From Candidatus Moraniibacteriota bacterium (GTDB lineage Bacteria > Patescibacteriota > Minisyncoccia > Moranbacterales > UBA2206): a DNA stretch of 64,000 nt. The stretch covers positions 196,095 through 260,094 of the forward strand of contig JAUSNP010000006.1 in NCBI GenBank assembly GCA_030645735.1, written 5' to 3'. This document shows, one piece after another, positions 55,586-64,000 of the stretch; the first letter of the stretch is position 1, and every line of letters begins with the position of its first letter. Below the pieces are notes generated by a model. The model made no database searches, was not told the origin of the DNA, and was given only the letters and a program-made list of their open reading frames with translations. The position numbers and the translations under genes were made by a program.

Positions 55586-57232
55586 CTAAATCCCACTTAC
55601 CTCTTCTGTGCTTTCGAGGATGATTTGTTTGTTTTTGAAAATCTTGCGAGTGAAGGAGTCACGGAACAAGATGAATTCTTCCAGCTTGAGTAGATAGCTA
55701 ATCCCGATGAAAATGGCAAAGCCTACGATTAGTGAAATGACTAGTTGCGCAAAAACACCCACGAAAGTGTCGAGATTTGCAAAGGAAGCAACTAGGTATT
55801 TTGTAATTTGAATTCCAACACCCGCCACAACTGAAGCCACCGCAATTTTAGAAAGCGATTTGATGATATTTTTGTCATCCAGATTATCAAAACGCGCGCG
55901 CAAGAAAAACAACAACAAAAACATTTGCACAATATTGGCCAGTGAAAAAGCGATAGCTAAGCTCAAAATCTGAACATGACCAATCAGCAAAACCACTGTG
56001 ATAATATTTATTGCTTCCACCACAATAGCAATGTAAAAAGGGGTTTTTGTATCTTGCAAAGCATAAAAAGATCTGGCGAGAAGTTGCACTGCACTTTGCG
56101 CAAACAAACTAAAAGCCAAGATTCCCAAACATTGAAAAGTCAAAATGGTGTCCTCCCAATCGAATTTACCGGCACCTAGGACTACTCGCACAATTTGTGC
56201 CCGCAACACAATCATAAACACACTCAGCGGAATAACGAAGAACAAAATCTGACGGAAAGTTTCCGAAAATGCTTGCACAAATTTTTCTTTTTCATCCTTA
56301 GCTGCCAAAGCCGCTAGAGTTGGAAAAACGGCAATGGAAAAAGAAATACCAAACACACTAAATGGCACACTGGCCAAGTTCTGGGAAAAATTAAAAACAG
56401 CCAAACTACCGGCAGCCAAAGTTGAAGCAAAGATCGTGATGATCATCAAGTTGAACTGACTAATAGCAATGCCAGTCATTCTCGGCAACATCAAAGTGAA
56501 AACTTTGCGCACATTCTTGTTTTTCCAGGCTGAAACAAATTCCCAATTGTGCTGATAGCCCAATTTTCGCACCGTCACATATTGCAACAACATGTGCATC
56601 AAAGCGCCAAACACCACGCCCCAAGCCAAACCAACTGGTCCCAAAAATCTCACCAACACTGCAATACCAAAAATAATTCCAATGTTATACAACAGTGGCG
56701 CCACGGAATAGACTACGAAATGCTTCATAGATGTCAACACTCCACCCATAATCCCGCTGATGCCCAACAGAATCGGACTCAAAAACATAATGCGCGTAAA
56801 CAACACTACGCTTTCAATTTTTTCCGGTGAAAATCCCGGCGTAAGCAGTTTCATCAAAAATGGCGCAAAAATCGCACACACAGCAGAAACCAACACAATA
56901 AACAGCAAGGCTAGATTCATAATGCCATTAGTCAATTTCCAAGCTTCTTCATCATTATCTTGACTGCGTAGTCCCGTAAACACTGGAATAAAAGCCGCGC
57001 TCATCGCGCCCAAAATCAACAAATTGTAAATCAAATCTGGCACCCGAAAAGCCGCATAATAGACATCCAGTGTGTCGCCTGCGCCAAAAGTTGAAGCCAG
57101 CATACGATCGCGCACCAGACCCAAGAGATTGCTCAATAAGCCAGCTACCGTAATTACGAAAGCAGCTGAAATCACCGACTCAGTCGGCCGAGAATTCATA
57201 AGGAAATTATTTTTAAAAAGTTTTTGAATCAT
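55586..57232 (-). CDS. murJ: Lipid II flippase MurJ/MviN
   Basis: LGLVRD, AAFRVPD, SAAFIPVF, FYALQDTKTP. Confidence 0.95.
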   Translation of the reverse strand: MIQKLFKNNFLMNSRPTESVISAAFVITVAGLLSNLLGLVRDRMLASTFGAGDTLDVYYAAFRVPDLIYNLLILGAMSAAFIPVFTGLRSQDNDEEAWKLTNGIMNLALLFIVLVSAVCAIFAPFLMKLLTPGFSPEKIESVVLFTRIMFLSPILLGISGIMGGVLTSMKHFVVYSVAPLLYNIGIIFGIAVLVRFLGPVGLAWGVVFGALMHMLLQYVTVRKLGYQHNWEFVSAWKNKNVRKVFTLMLPRMTGIAISQFNLMIITIFASTLAAGSLAVFNFSQNLASVPFSVFGISFSIAVFPTLAALAAKDEKEKFVQAFSETFRQILFFVIPLSVFMIVLRAQIVRVVLGAGKFDWEDTILTFQCLGILAFSLFAQSAVQLLARSFYALQDTKTPFYIAIVVEAINIITVVLLIGHVQILSLAIAFSLANIVQMFLLLFFLRARFDNLDDKNIIKSLSKIAVASVVAGVGIQITKYLVASFANLDTFVGVFAQLVISLIVGFAIFIGISYLLKLEEFILFRDSFTRKIFKNKQIILESTEEVSGI

Positions 57233-57244
57233 ATTTTTATTTAG

Positions 57245-59848
57245 TTACAGAGCCTTAACAAACGCTACGCCTAAAAATTTATCTGTTTTCAAATCAGTTT
57301 CTTTTTTAATAGAGTTGCCTTCTCGAACAGCATCTTCTGGATAATTCCAAATTGTTTTTAAATTATCAGGATAAATAATTTGTGAAATAAACTGGCTGCC
57401 CACACTGCCAGATTGTTTTTGCGCTAGCAATGAATAGCTATCCGCCGCCGTGCCAGAAGTCGAATTTGAGAAAATTTTGAAAGGTAATAAATATTTATAT
57501 GTCACTTCCACTGTTTCCTGCGGACTGACATAAATCCAATTGGCAAACACGGTTTTATCGGAATCTTCATAAACTCGCGTGCCACTCTCTTCATCAATTA
57601 CAATTGAATCTTCTTCTGTCTGCACTTGCGCGTCATGTTTGAAGGCCAACGCCGCATAATCTAACGGCGGAGTATTGAACTCACGGGTCTGTCCCTGCGC
57701 TGAAATCAAAGTTGAGCCTTTCGGTACATAAACGCGCATATAATCCGCGTTAACTTTGTTCCACCATTCCTTGTCCAAATTACCTCCATTATGATGACGC
57801 TTAACCGTCACCGTGTCAATCACTGAGCCATCAGATTGAATCTCAGCTTTGTGCGAAATGGTTTCGTCCACCACGCCATCCGTCTTATAACCATTTATAT
57901 TAGTATTGATTATGCTCAGATAATCTTTTTGCGTGTTCAAAACTTCGCCCGACCAACCGGCTTGCGACAAGATTTTTTCAATGTCATAATTTTTTGAATA
58001 AATCAAAATTTGTTTTTCATTCAAACTTTGCATCAAGACATTCATCGTCTTGGCCATATCAGCAAAATTTTTCGTCGTGAAAATTTTGTCTAAAATTTTC
58101 GGCGCTAAATCCGCCAAAATCTTTTTCGGTTCGTTCAATTCCTTATCATAATCCACTTCCACTTCATATTGAATTTGCTCGATGAAATTCTCGCTGTCCA
58201 CTGTCACGCCATAGTCTGGCATTTCAATCGGTCCAGTTACTGCCAAAAGTTTCTGCATCACCACTGGGGTCATCGTGATTACGCCGTCCACCGTAGGCCC
58301 ACCCGTTTTTTCATAAAACCAAGCAGCCTTTTCGGCCGATTTTGGAAAATCAGGAAACCAATTACTGTCGTGCAAACTCCAAGCCGCGGAAATTTTTTGA
58401 ATTGGCGCTGGTGGAATAATCTGTGCTCGCAATTGTCCATCTGGATTGAAGATTCCGTCAATGAAAAATTTCTTGATGCTGCCATTGGAAATGTCCATCA
58501 GGCCATAGGTTCCAATAAATCCTCCTGTAGCGCGCATCTCTTGATTGTTTTGAAAAAGAAAAAGATATTTTCTTGGACCATTGCCACCCAGCACATCGAT
58601 GAAAATTTTACTATTATCCAGAAAATTAGACACGAAGTATTTTGCATCTGGTAATTTACCTTTCAACTCCACAAACTGCGCTCTTTGTGCTTCTGGAATA
58701 TCAGAAACATCCACCTTGTCCAAATTATCTTGCAAGTCATCTACTAGAGTTTTGATTTCTTGCAAATTGTTATCCGCATCTTGGAATATCTTCAAAAAAG
58801 AAACAGGCTCGCTATTCTTGTCCAAAGGATTTTTAATGCCATCCGCCGATTGCATAATCTCTCCAGCCAAAACTCCCATGCGCGACACATCCTTGCCAGC
58901 TTGCGCAATGTGCGCGCCGGAAGAAATTTTAGACAAACCTGGAATGAAATGAGAAGACTCCACCAAAATTTTTCCCAGACTATCAATATCTTTGGAAATT
59001 TCGCCAAATTTATCATAGGCCTCATTGAATTCAAATTTTGATTTGGCAAAATCCTTACCCGCCATACCATCCTTAGCCAGCGACAAATTCGCATAAGCAT
59101 CCTTGCCCGTACCCAAAACATCATATTTGATTTTCATGCCACGATTGAAAAATCCAATGCCGAAAACCAAAACGAAAATGATGGTCGCCATGCCAGAAAA
59201 GGAAAAAGCAAATTTTTTATAATTATTTAGCGTGAATATTTCAGTCCAAGGAATTTCATTTTGTTCCTTATATTCATCAATTCTTTCAAAAAAATTATTC
59301 TGTGAAATTTCACTGTCTATTTGACTTTTCTGTGCAAATTCCACATTCACATTTTGCACATTTTCCAATTCCGGATAGAGCGACACTTCTTCATGCAGAA
59401 CCATCCTCTCTGGTGCGGATTTTTCTTGTGGCATAAAATATTCAGAATCAAATACAACTGATTCCTGCGGAACTTTTTTAATCTCCGCAATTACTGGTAC
59501 ACTTTCTCGTCGCACGGCTGGCTCTGGAGCTTGGTATTCAGATTTAAAAACTACTGGTACGCTGTCTGACCGAAAGGTTTCACCAAAACGATACACCATC
59601 GCCATTTGCTCTTCCTTTGGCTTTGCTATAACATTCTGCACGATACCATCGCTTCTCCTGACATCTTGGAAATTTTGTCCACCATGTTGCAGTGGAACAG
59701 TTTTCTGTTTTGCAACTTTTTCAGTTCTTTCAAATTGCAAAACCGCACCACTTAGTTTGATTTTTTCCAAATCCAAATCACCCGCCGCATTGACTGGTTT
59801 TACATCAAACATCTGTGGGATTATTTTATTTCGATTTTTGTTTTGCAT
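57245..59848 (-). CDS. DUF4012-domain membrane protein
   Basis: YLFLFQNNQEMRATGGF, DSNWFPDFP, YMRVYVP, QKQSG; start at MQNKN overlapping the upstream stop (TGATG). Confidence 0.85.
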   Translation of the reverse strand: MQNKNRNKIIPQMFDVKPVNAAGDLDLEKIKLSGAVLQFERTEKVAKQKTVPLQHGGQNFQDVRRSDGIVQNVIAKPKEEQMAMVYRFGETFRSDSVPVVFKSEYQAPEPAVRRESVPVIAEIKKVPQESVVFDSEYFMPQEKSAPERMVLHEEVSLYPELENVQNVNVEFAQKSQIDSEISQNNFFERIDEYKEQNEIPWTEIFTLNNYKKFAFSFSGMATIIFVLVFGIGFFNRGMKIKYDVLGTGKDAYANLSLAKDGMAGKDFAKSKFEFNEAYDKFGEISKDIDSLGKILVESSHFIPGLSKISSGAHIAQAGKDVSRMGVLAGEIMQSADGIKNPLDKNSEPVSFLKIFQDADNNLQEIKTLVDDLQDNLDKVDVSDIPEAQRAQFVELKGKLPDAKYFVSNFLDNSKIFIDVLGGNGPRKYLFLFQNNQEMRATGGFIGTYGLMDISNGSIKKFFIDGIFNPDGQLRAQIIPPAPIQKISAAWSLHDSNWFPDFPKSAEKAAWFYEKTGGPTVDGVITMTPVVMQKLLAVTGPIEMPDYGVTVDSENFIEQIQYEVEVDYDKELNEPKKILADLAPKILDKIFTTKNFADMAKTMNVLMQSLNEKQILIYSKNYDIEKILSQAGWSGEVLNTQKDYLSIINTNINGYKTDGVVDETISHKAEIQSDGSVIDTVTVKRHHNGGNLDKEWWNKVNADYMRVYVPKGSTLISAQGQTREFNTPPLDYAALAFKHDAQVQTEEDSIVIDEESGTRVYEDSDKTVFANWIYVSPQETVEVTYKYLLPFKIFSNSTSGTAADSYSLLAQKQSGSVGSQFISQIIYPDNLKTIWNYPEDAVREGNSIKKETDLKTDKFLGVAFVKAL

Positions 59849-60981
59849 CAATTTAAAACATTTTTGTAAATTTCTTGGGTTTCCTGCGCCATTTTTTTCC
59901 AACTATAAATCTTGGTTTGTTCAAAGCCTTTCTTAATCAAATCTGCGCGCAGTTCATTGTTGCTGATTATTTCCTGCATTGCCCGCGCAATCGCCGTCAT
60001 GTCGAGACCATCAAAGAAATGCGCGCTTTCACCCAACACTTCTCGCATACATGGATGATCCGAAGAAATGACCGGCACGCCCTTGCTCATTGCTTCTAGG
60101 GGTGGCAAACCAAAACCCTCATAGAGTGACGGGAAAACATTGGCCAATGACTGATGAAACAACAAGTCCAATGTGTGATCAGAAATGTCTGACAGCAGGA
60201 TGATGTTGCCGATTTTCTGATCAGTTATCAAGTTGCGCAAACGATCATAAAAATAATCCCGCTTACCTACCAACACCAATTGCAAATCGCTATTTTTTTG
60301 TAAAACCTGAGCAAAAGCCAACACCAACCGCTCCAAATTTTTGTGTGGATAGGCATTGCCGACATAAATCAGATATGGTTTTATTATACCATATTTTTGC
60401 AAAATTTCTTGCGCATTTTTAGCGCTGAACATACAATGATCTTCGGCTGATTCGTAGGTCACAAAAATTTTATTTTCTACTGCCGTGCCATAGTTTTCTA
60501 TGATATCTTTTTTGGTGAATTGCGAGATAGTGACAATGCGCTTAGCGCGTGTAATAGCTAACTTAATAGCCATGCGATAAGCTAAAAATTTCAAACGATA
60601 AAAAATTGGATGCAAAGTGCTATTCCTCACAGTCGGAAAATGCAATAAGGTCAAATCATGAATGGTCACTACAAACTTCTTGCAATACAAAATCGGCACA
60701 TTGAAATGTGGGAAGTGCATCAAATCCAAATTATATTTATACAAAGTCCAAGGGAAATATATTTGTTCAGCAAAAGTGTACCACTGATAGTCAGCTAGAA
60801 CTTTTTTGAAATTGGGATTCTGGGGCTGATATTCTTCAAAATTTTCCTTTTTGAGAAACACAAAATACTCGTTCCCGTCACCCACCGAAACCTTTTCCAA
60901 ATTCTCTACCAATTTTTGTGTATAGCGCCCCAAGCCCTTTTGTTTGATCCCAAAAAAGCGCGCATCAATGCCAATCCTCAT
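59848..60981 (-). CDS. Glycosyltransferase family 4
   Basis: MRIGIDAR, GLGRY, TIHDL, PHKN, FPSLYEGFGLPPLEAM. Confidence 0.93.
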   Translation of the reverse strand: MRIGIDARFFGIKQKGLGRYTQKLVENLEKVSVGDGNEYFVFLKKENFEEYQPQNPNFKKVLADYQWYTFAEQIYFPWTLYKYNLDLMHFPHFNVPILYCKKFVVTIHDLTLLHFPTVRNSTLHPIFYRLKFLAYRMAIKLAITRAKRIVTISQFTKKDIIENYGTAVENKIFVTYESAEDHCMFSAKNAQEILQKYGIIKPYLIYVGNAYPHKNLERLVLAFAQVLQKNSDLQLVLVGKRDYFYDRLRNLITDQKIGNIILLSDISDHTLDLLFHQSLANVFPSLYEGFGLPPLEAMSKGVPVISSDHPCMREVLGESAHFFDGLDMTAIARAMQEIISNNELRADLIKKGFEQTKIYSWKKMAQETQEIYKNVLN

Positions 60982-61051
60982 AGTCCAATTATACCACTAA
61001 AACGCCAAAAAAAGGAGCTTATCTCCCTCCGTAGAAACGCTTGAAATTATC

Positions 61052-61723
61052 CTATTTATACATATTCAAAAAAGTCACAACCTCATTGAAATCTCTAGCA
61101 ATAAAATCAGCTTGAGAAACAACCTTGTCGCGAAAAACATTCTCCACATAGGCAATGAACTTGTGAGCCATGCCAGCTTCTCGAATTTGAAAATCCGTCC
61201 AGCCATCCCCAATAGCCACAATTTCACCGTCCAGCGCCAACGCCTCCAATTGTCTAACTTTTCCATTTTCCATCGCCAAAAAGTTTCGCTCATCAAATCC
61301 AATGATTTTCCCAGCTTCATCAAAAACAAAATCATTGGCCAATACATTTTCACCCTTGATTCCAAATTCAGCCACCACTGGCACAATGAAATCACGAAAT
61401 CCTCCGGAAATTATAAAAATATTTTCTGAGTTTTCTTGAAACCATTTTTTATTTTCCAAAAAAGATTGCGAGATATTGTCTTTCAAATATTGCACCAATT
61501 CCTGCAAATGATCTTTCGTCGCTGGCAAAACTGCAAATCGCATATGCAAAGACTGTGGAAATGAAATTTTTCCTTCCATTCCAAGATCAGTGATATCCGC
61601 AATGTTTTTGGCAATTTCATTTTTGCGTGGATTTCCTTGCAACGCAATATCCGCTAAATCACACAATGATTCGCTTTTCACAAAAGTACTATCAAAATCA
61701 ATGATAATCTTTTTAATTTTCAT
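61052..61723 (-). CDS. HAD-IB phosphatase, phosphoserine phosphatase-like
   Basis: DFDST, ISGGF, K, IGDGWTD. Confidence 0.88.
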   Translation of the reverse strand: MKIKKIIIDFDSTFVKSESLCDLADIALQGNPRKNEIAKNIADITDLGMEGKISFPQSLHMRFAVLPATKDHLQELVQYLKDNISQSFLENKKWFQENSENIFIISGGFRDFIVPVVAEFGIKGENVLANDFVFDEAGKIIGFDERNFLAMENGKVRQLEALALDGEIVAIGDGWTDFQIREAGMAHKFIAYVENVFRDKVVSQADFIARDFNEVVTFLNMYK

Positions 61724-62610
61724 TGTTTTTTATTTTTACTTAACAGTATCATCCCAAAAAACATTGGAATAAATGAAAGTAGTTGAAATTTAGTTGGTAT
61801 ATCACCCAACATAACCCAGGCAAAAAATAATGTTAGCAATGGCGAGATTCCACCGATAGCGCCAGCCTTAGCAACATTAATCCGATGAATTCCTTCTATC
61901 CATAAAAATTTAGAAAGTCCCAATAAGAAAAACCCGTTGATTACCAAAAATATAAAAGTTCTTTCGGCATGCACCATTGCAAAACTGACTTTAGCGAAAT
62001 AAGCCACACCAAATATAACAACCGCTCCAATTAAACTTCTAACAAATAATATGGTTTCGCTATTTACCTTTCTCCTCGCTCTTCTTTGAAAGAAATTACC
62101 CAATGGCGCGATGAAGGCTGCTGACAAAATAAGCAAATCACCCAGCCTAAACTCATGCACGTTGGGATAAAAAACAATGCTCGCACCCAAAATCATCAAC
62201 ACTGCTCCGGCGATATGTGCCACAGAAATGCATTCTTTTCGCCAAACATTGAAAAAAATAAAGCTAAAAAATATTTCACTCAAACCAATCAAACTTGCAT
62301 TACCAGAACTAGTATATCTAAGTCCAAAAAAAACAAGCAAGTAAAAAGCGACTCCCTGAATAAATGTCGCCATCATTATATCAAAAAAAGCGTCCCTGTC
62401 TCCAATTTGTTGCCAACCTTTTTTGATAGACACGATAATCGCAAAAAATATAGCTGCAAAAAGTGTACTCCAAGCAAGCGCCAACATAGTCGGGACATCT
62501 CGCAAAGAAAGAATTGTAATAACTGGAAACAACCCCCATAAAAGAGCTTCGAAAAAAATAATAATTTCCCCCTTTCTTTCTTCAGACAATACTCTTCCTG
62601 AAATCAACAT
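61720..62610 (-). CDS. DMT/EamA family transporter
   Basis: 10 TM segments in two EamA-like repeats. Confidence 0.88.
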   Translation of the reverse strand: MLISGRVLSEERKGEIIIFFEALLWGLFPVITILSLRDVPTMLALAWSTLFAAIFFAIIVSIKKGWQQIGDRDAFFDIMMATFIQGVAFYLLVFFGLRYTSSGNASLIGLSEIFFSFIFFNVWRKECISVAHIAGAVLMILGASIVFYPNVHEFRLGDLLILSAAFIAPLGNFFQRRARRKVNSETILFVRSLIGAVVIFGVAYFAKVSFAMVHAERTFIFLVINGFFLLGLSKFLWIEGIHRINVAKAGAIGGISPLLTLFFAWVMLGDIPTKFQLLSFIPMFFGMILLSKNKKQ

Positions 62611-62682
62611 ACTCTTTATAAAAACTTTTTTAACTTATGCATTTATATTCTAACTCTATTTACTGTCCTCTACAACTTGTCT

Positions 62683-63960
62683 CTATTTTAATTTATTTTT
62701 GGCTAACTTATGTTCAACAACATTTTCTTGTGAAAGCTCTTTTAATTTTTTATCCAATTCATAGACCTTCGGGTTCACTTGCAAAGCGCGCGAATTGATG
62801 CCGAGCAGTTTGATGCCAGCCAAGGTGCGGACGCGCGACAAGGCCACATAGCCCATGCCGTATTCAAAGGCCTTGCTCAGATCCATTTCCACGGCATCCA
62901 GGGTCATGCCTTGGCTTTTGTGAATGGTGATGGCCCACGCCAAGCGCAATGGCACTTGACTGATGGTGGCCAGCGGCGAACCATCTTCTTCAATCGACCA
63001 TTTCTCCGGTGTGGCAATGATCATCTTGCCGGCCATGGTGTGCACAATTGGAATGCCTTTGGCCGTGAAGCCCGTGACTTCACCCAAAGTGCCGTTGACA
63101 TAGCCAGCTTCAAAATTGTTCTTCACAAACATCACTACAGCACCTTTTTTGAGCACCAGAGTTTCCGGCGCCAAGCAACCCTTCTTCACTGAGTTGGCGA
63201 TATATTCTATTCCGGTGCAAGTCATCTTGAATGTGCGTGGCTCTTCTTTGATTTTTTGCAATTCTAAATCATTGATCACATCCACATTGGCATTATGCGT
63301 ATAAAGTTTGGTTGGGGTGATTTTGTTTTTGATGACTTTGTTTTCTCGCGCTGTCAAAAGTTGCATAGTTTTTTCATCACAAGACCGCGAACGAATGTCG
63401 CTCAAAATTTTCAACATTTGCCGATCCTCTTGTCGATGTTGTTCTTCCAGATAGCAAACTTTTGGACGCATCTCTTCCCAAGCATCCGATTGATTGACCA
63501 AAAAAGTTTCTTGACCAAATTTCGTGATGGGTGGCAACTGAAAAAAGTCACCACACAAGATGACTTGCAATCCACCAAACGGCAAAAATGGTTCTCTGAA
63601 TTTTTTGCAAATACTGTTGATGATATCTAACTGATGCGCATGCAACATTGAAACTTCATCAATAATCAAAACTTGAGTTTTTTCAAAACGCTTTTGATGA
63701 TAGGCACGACTTTTGAGTTTTTTGAAATCCGCTTCCGTGAAAGTCTCACTGATGCCCATACCCGACCAGCTGTGAATAGTTTGGCCATTCATGTGTGTAG
63801 CAGCAATGCCAGTGGAGGCTGTGATAGCCACGCCAATGTTTCGCTCTTTGAGATGGTCAATATATTGTTTCAACAAATAGGTCTTACCGCTGCCGGCTGG
63901 ACCCGTCAAAAAAACATTGTGTCCAAGTTTCAAAATTTCTAAAGCTGTTTTTTGTTTCAT
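62683..63960 (-). CDS. PIF1-family 5'-3' DNA helicase
   Basis: GPAGSGKT, TASTGIAA, IIDEVSM, GDFFQLPP, AWAITIHKSQG, YVALSR. Confidence 0.95.
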   Translation of the reverse strand: MKQKTALEILKLGHNVFLTGPAGSGKTYLLKQYIDHLKERNIGVAITASTGIAATHMNGQTIHSWSGMGISETFTEADFKKLKSRAYHQKRFEKTQVLIIDEVSMLHAHQLDIINSICKKFREPFLPFGGLQVILCGDFFQLPPITKFGQETFLVNQSDAWEEMRPKVCYLEEQHRQEDRQMLKILSDIRSRSCDEKTMQLLTARENKVIKNKITPTKLYTHNANVDVINDLELQKIKEEPRTFKMTCTGIEYIANSVKKGCLAPETLVLKKGAVVMFVKNNFEAGYVNGTLGEVTGFTAKGIPIVHTMAGKMIIATPEKWSIEEDGSPLATISQVPLRLAWAITIHKSQGMTLDAVEMDLSKAFEYGMGYVALSRVRTLAGIKLLGINSRALQVNPKVYELDKKLKELSQENVVEHKLAKNKLK

Positions 63961-64000
63961 ATTTTATTGACCAGCTTCAAAAAATCTTCAGCTGGTTTTG

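Noticed and set aside
1-64000. tRNA, rRNA, prophage or integron integrase
   Set aside because: None was recognised by eye; no tyrosine recombinase is present to support a classical integron reading of the hairpins.

Overview
AT-rich bacterial chromosome segment, mostly minus-strand genes with few Shine-Dalgarno motifs. The gene mix (DUF4012 protein, sortase, many glycosyltransferases, PIF1 helicase) suggests a Patescibacteria/CPR (Parcubacteria-like) genome; this is an inference. The window begins with ahcY, a SAM-I riboswitch and metK. A ~43 kb cell-surface polysaccharide region follows (GT2/GT4 enzymes, acyl-, methyl- and pyruvyl-transferases, a three-gene UDP-6-deoxy-L-HexNAc pathway, wzm/wzt, galU, rmlABCD, Wzz-like), interrupted by accessory genes. 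After it come a sortase/LPXTG surface module and housekeeping genes (ferredoxin, PPIase, FtsB-like, exonuclease, lepA, murJ, SerB-like, EamA, PIF1). The most striking unexplained structure is a family of ~80-95 bp intergenic elements built from two inverted arrays of a degenerate 9-mer (AAAGTCCAT ... ATGGACTTT). These occupy almost every gene junction from 24.7 to 32.7 kb, and one copy carries a four-helix-bundle (23S rRNA IVS/Avd-like) gene between its arms. A REP/RAYT system (with one REP inside the RAYT gene), further palindrome families, a nested palindrome and a 184 bp MITE are also present. All calls are from reading the sequence; no database searches were run.
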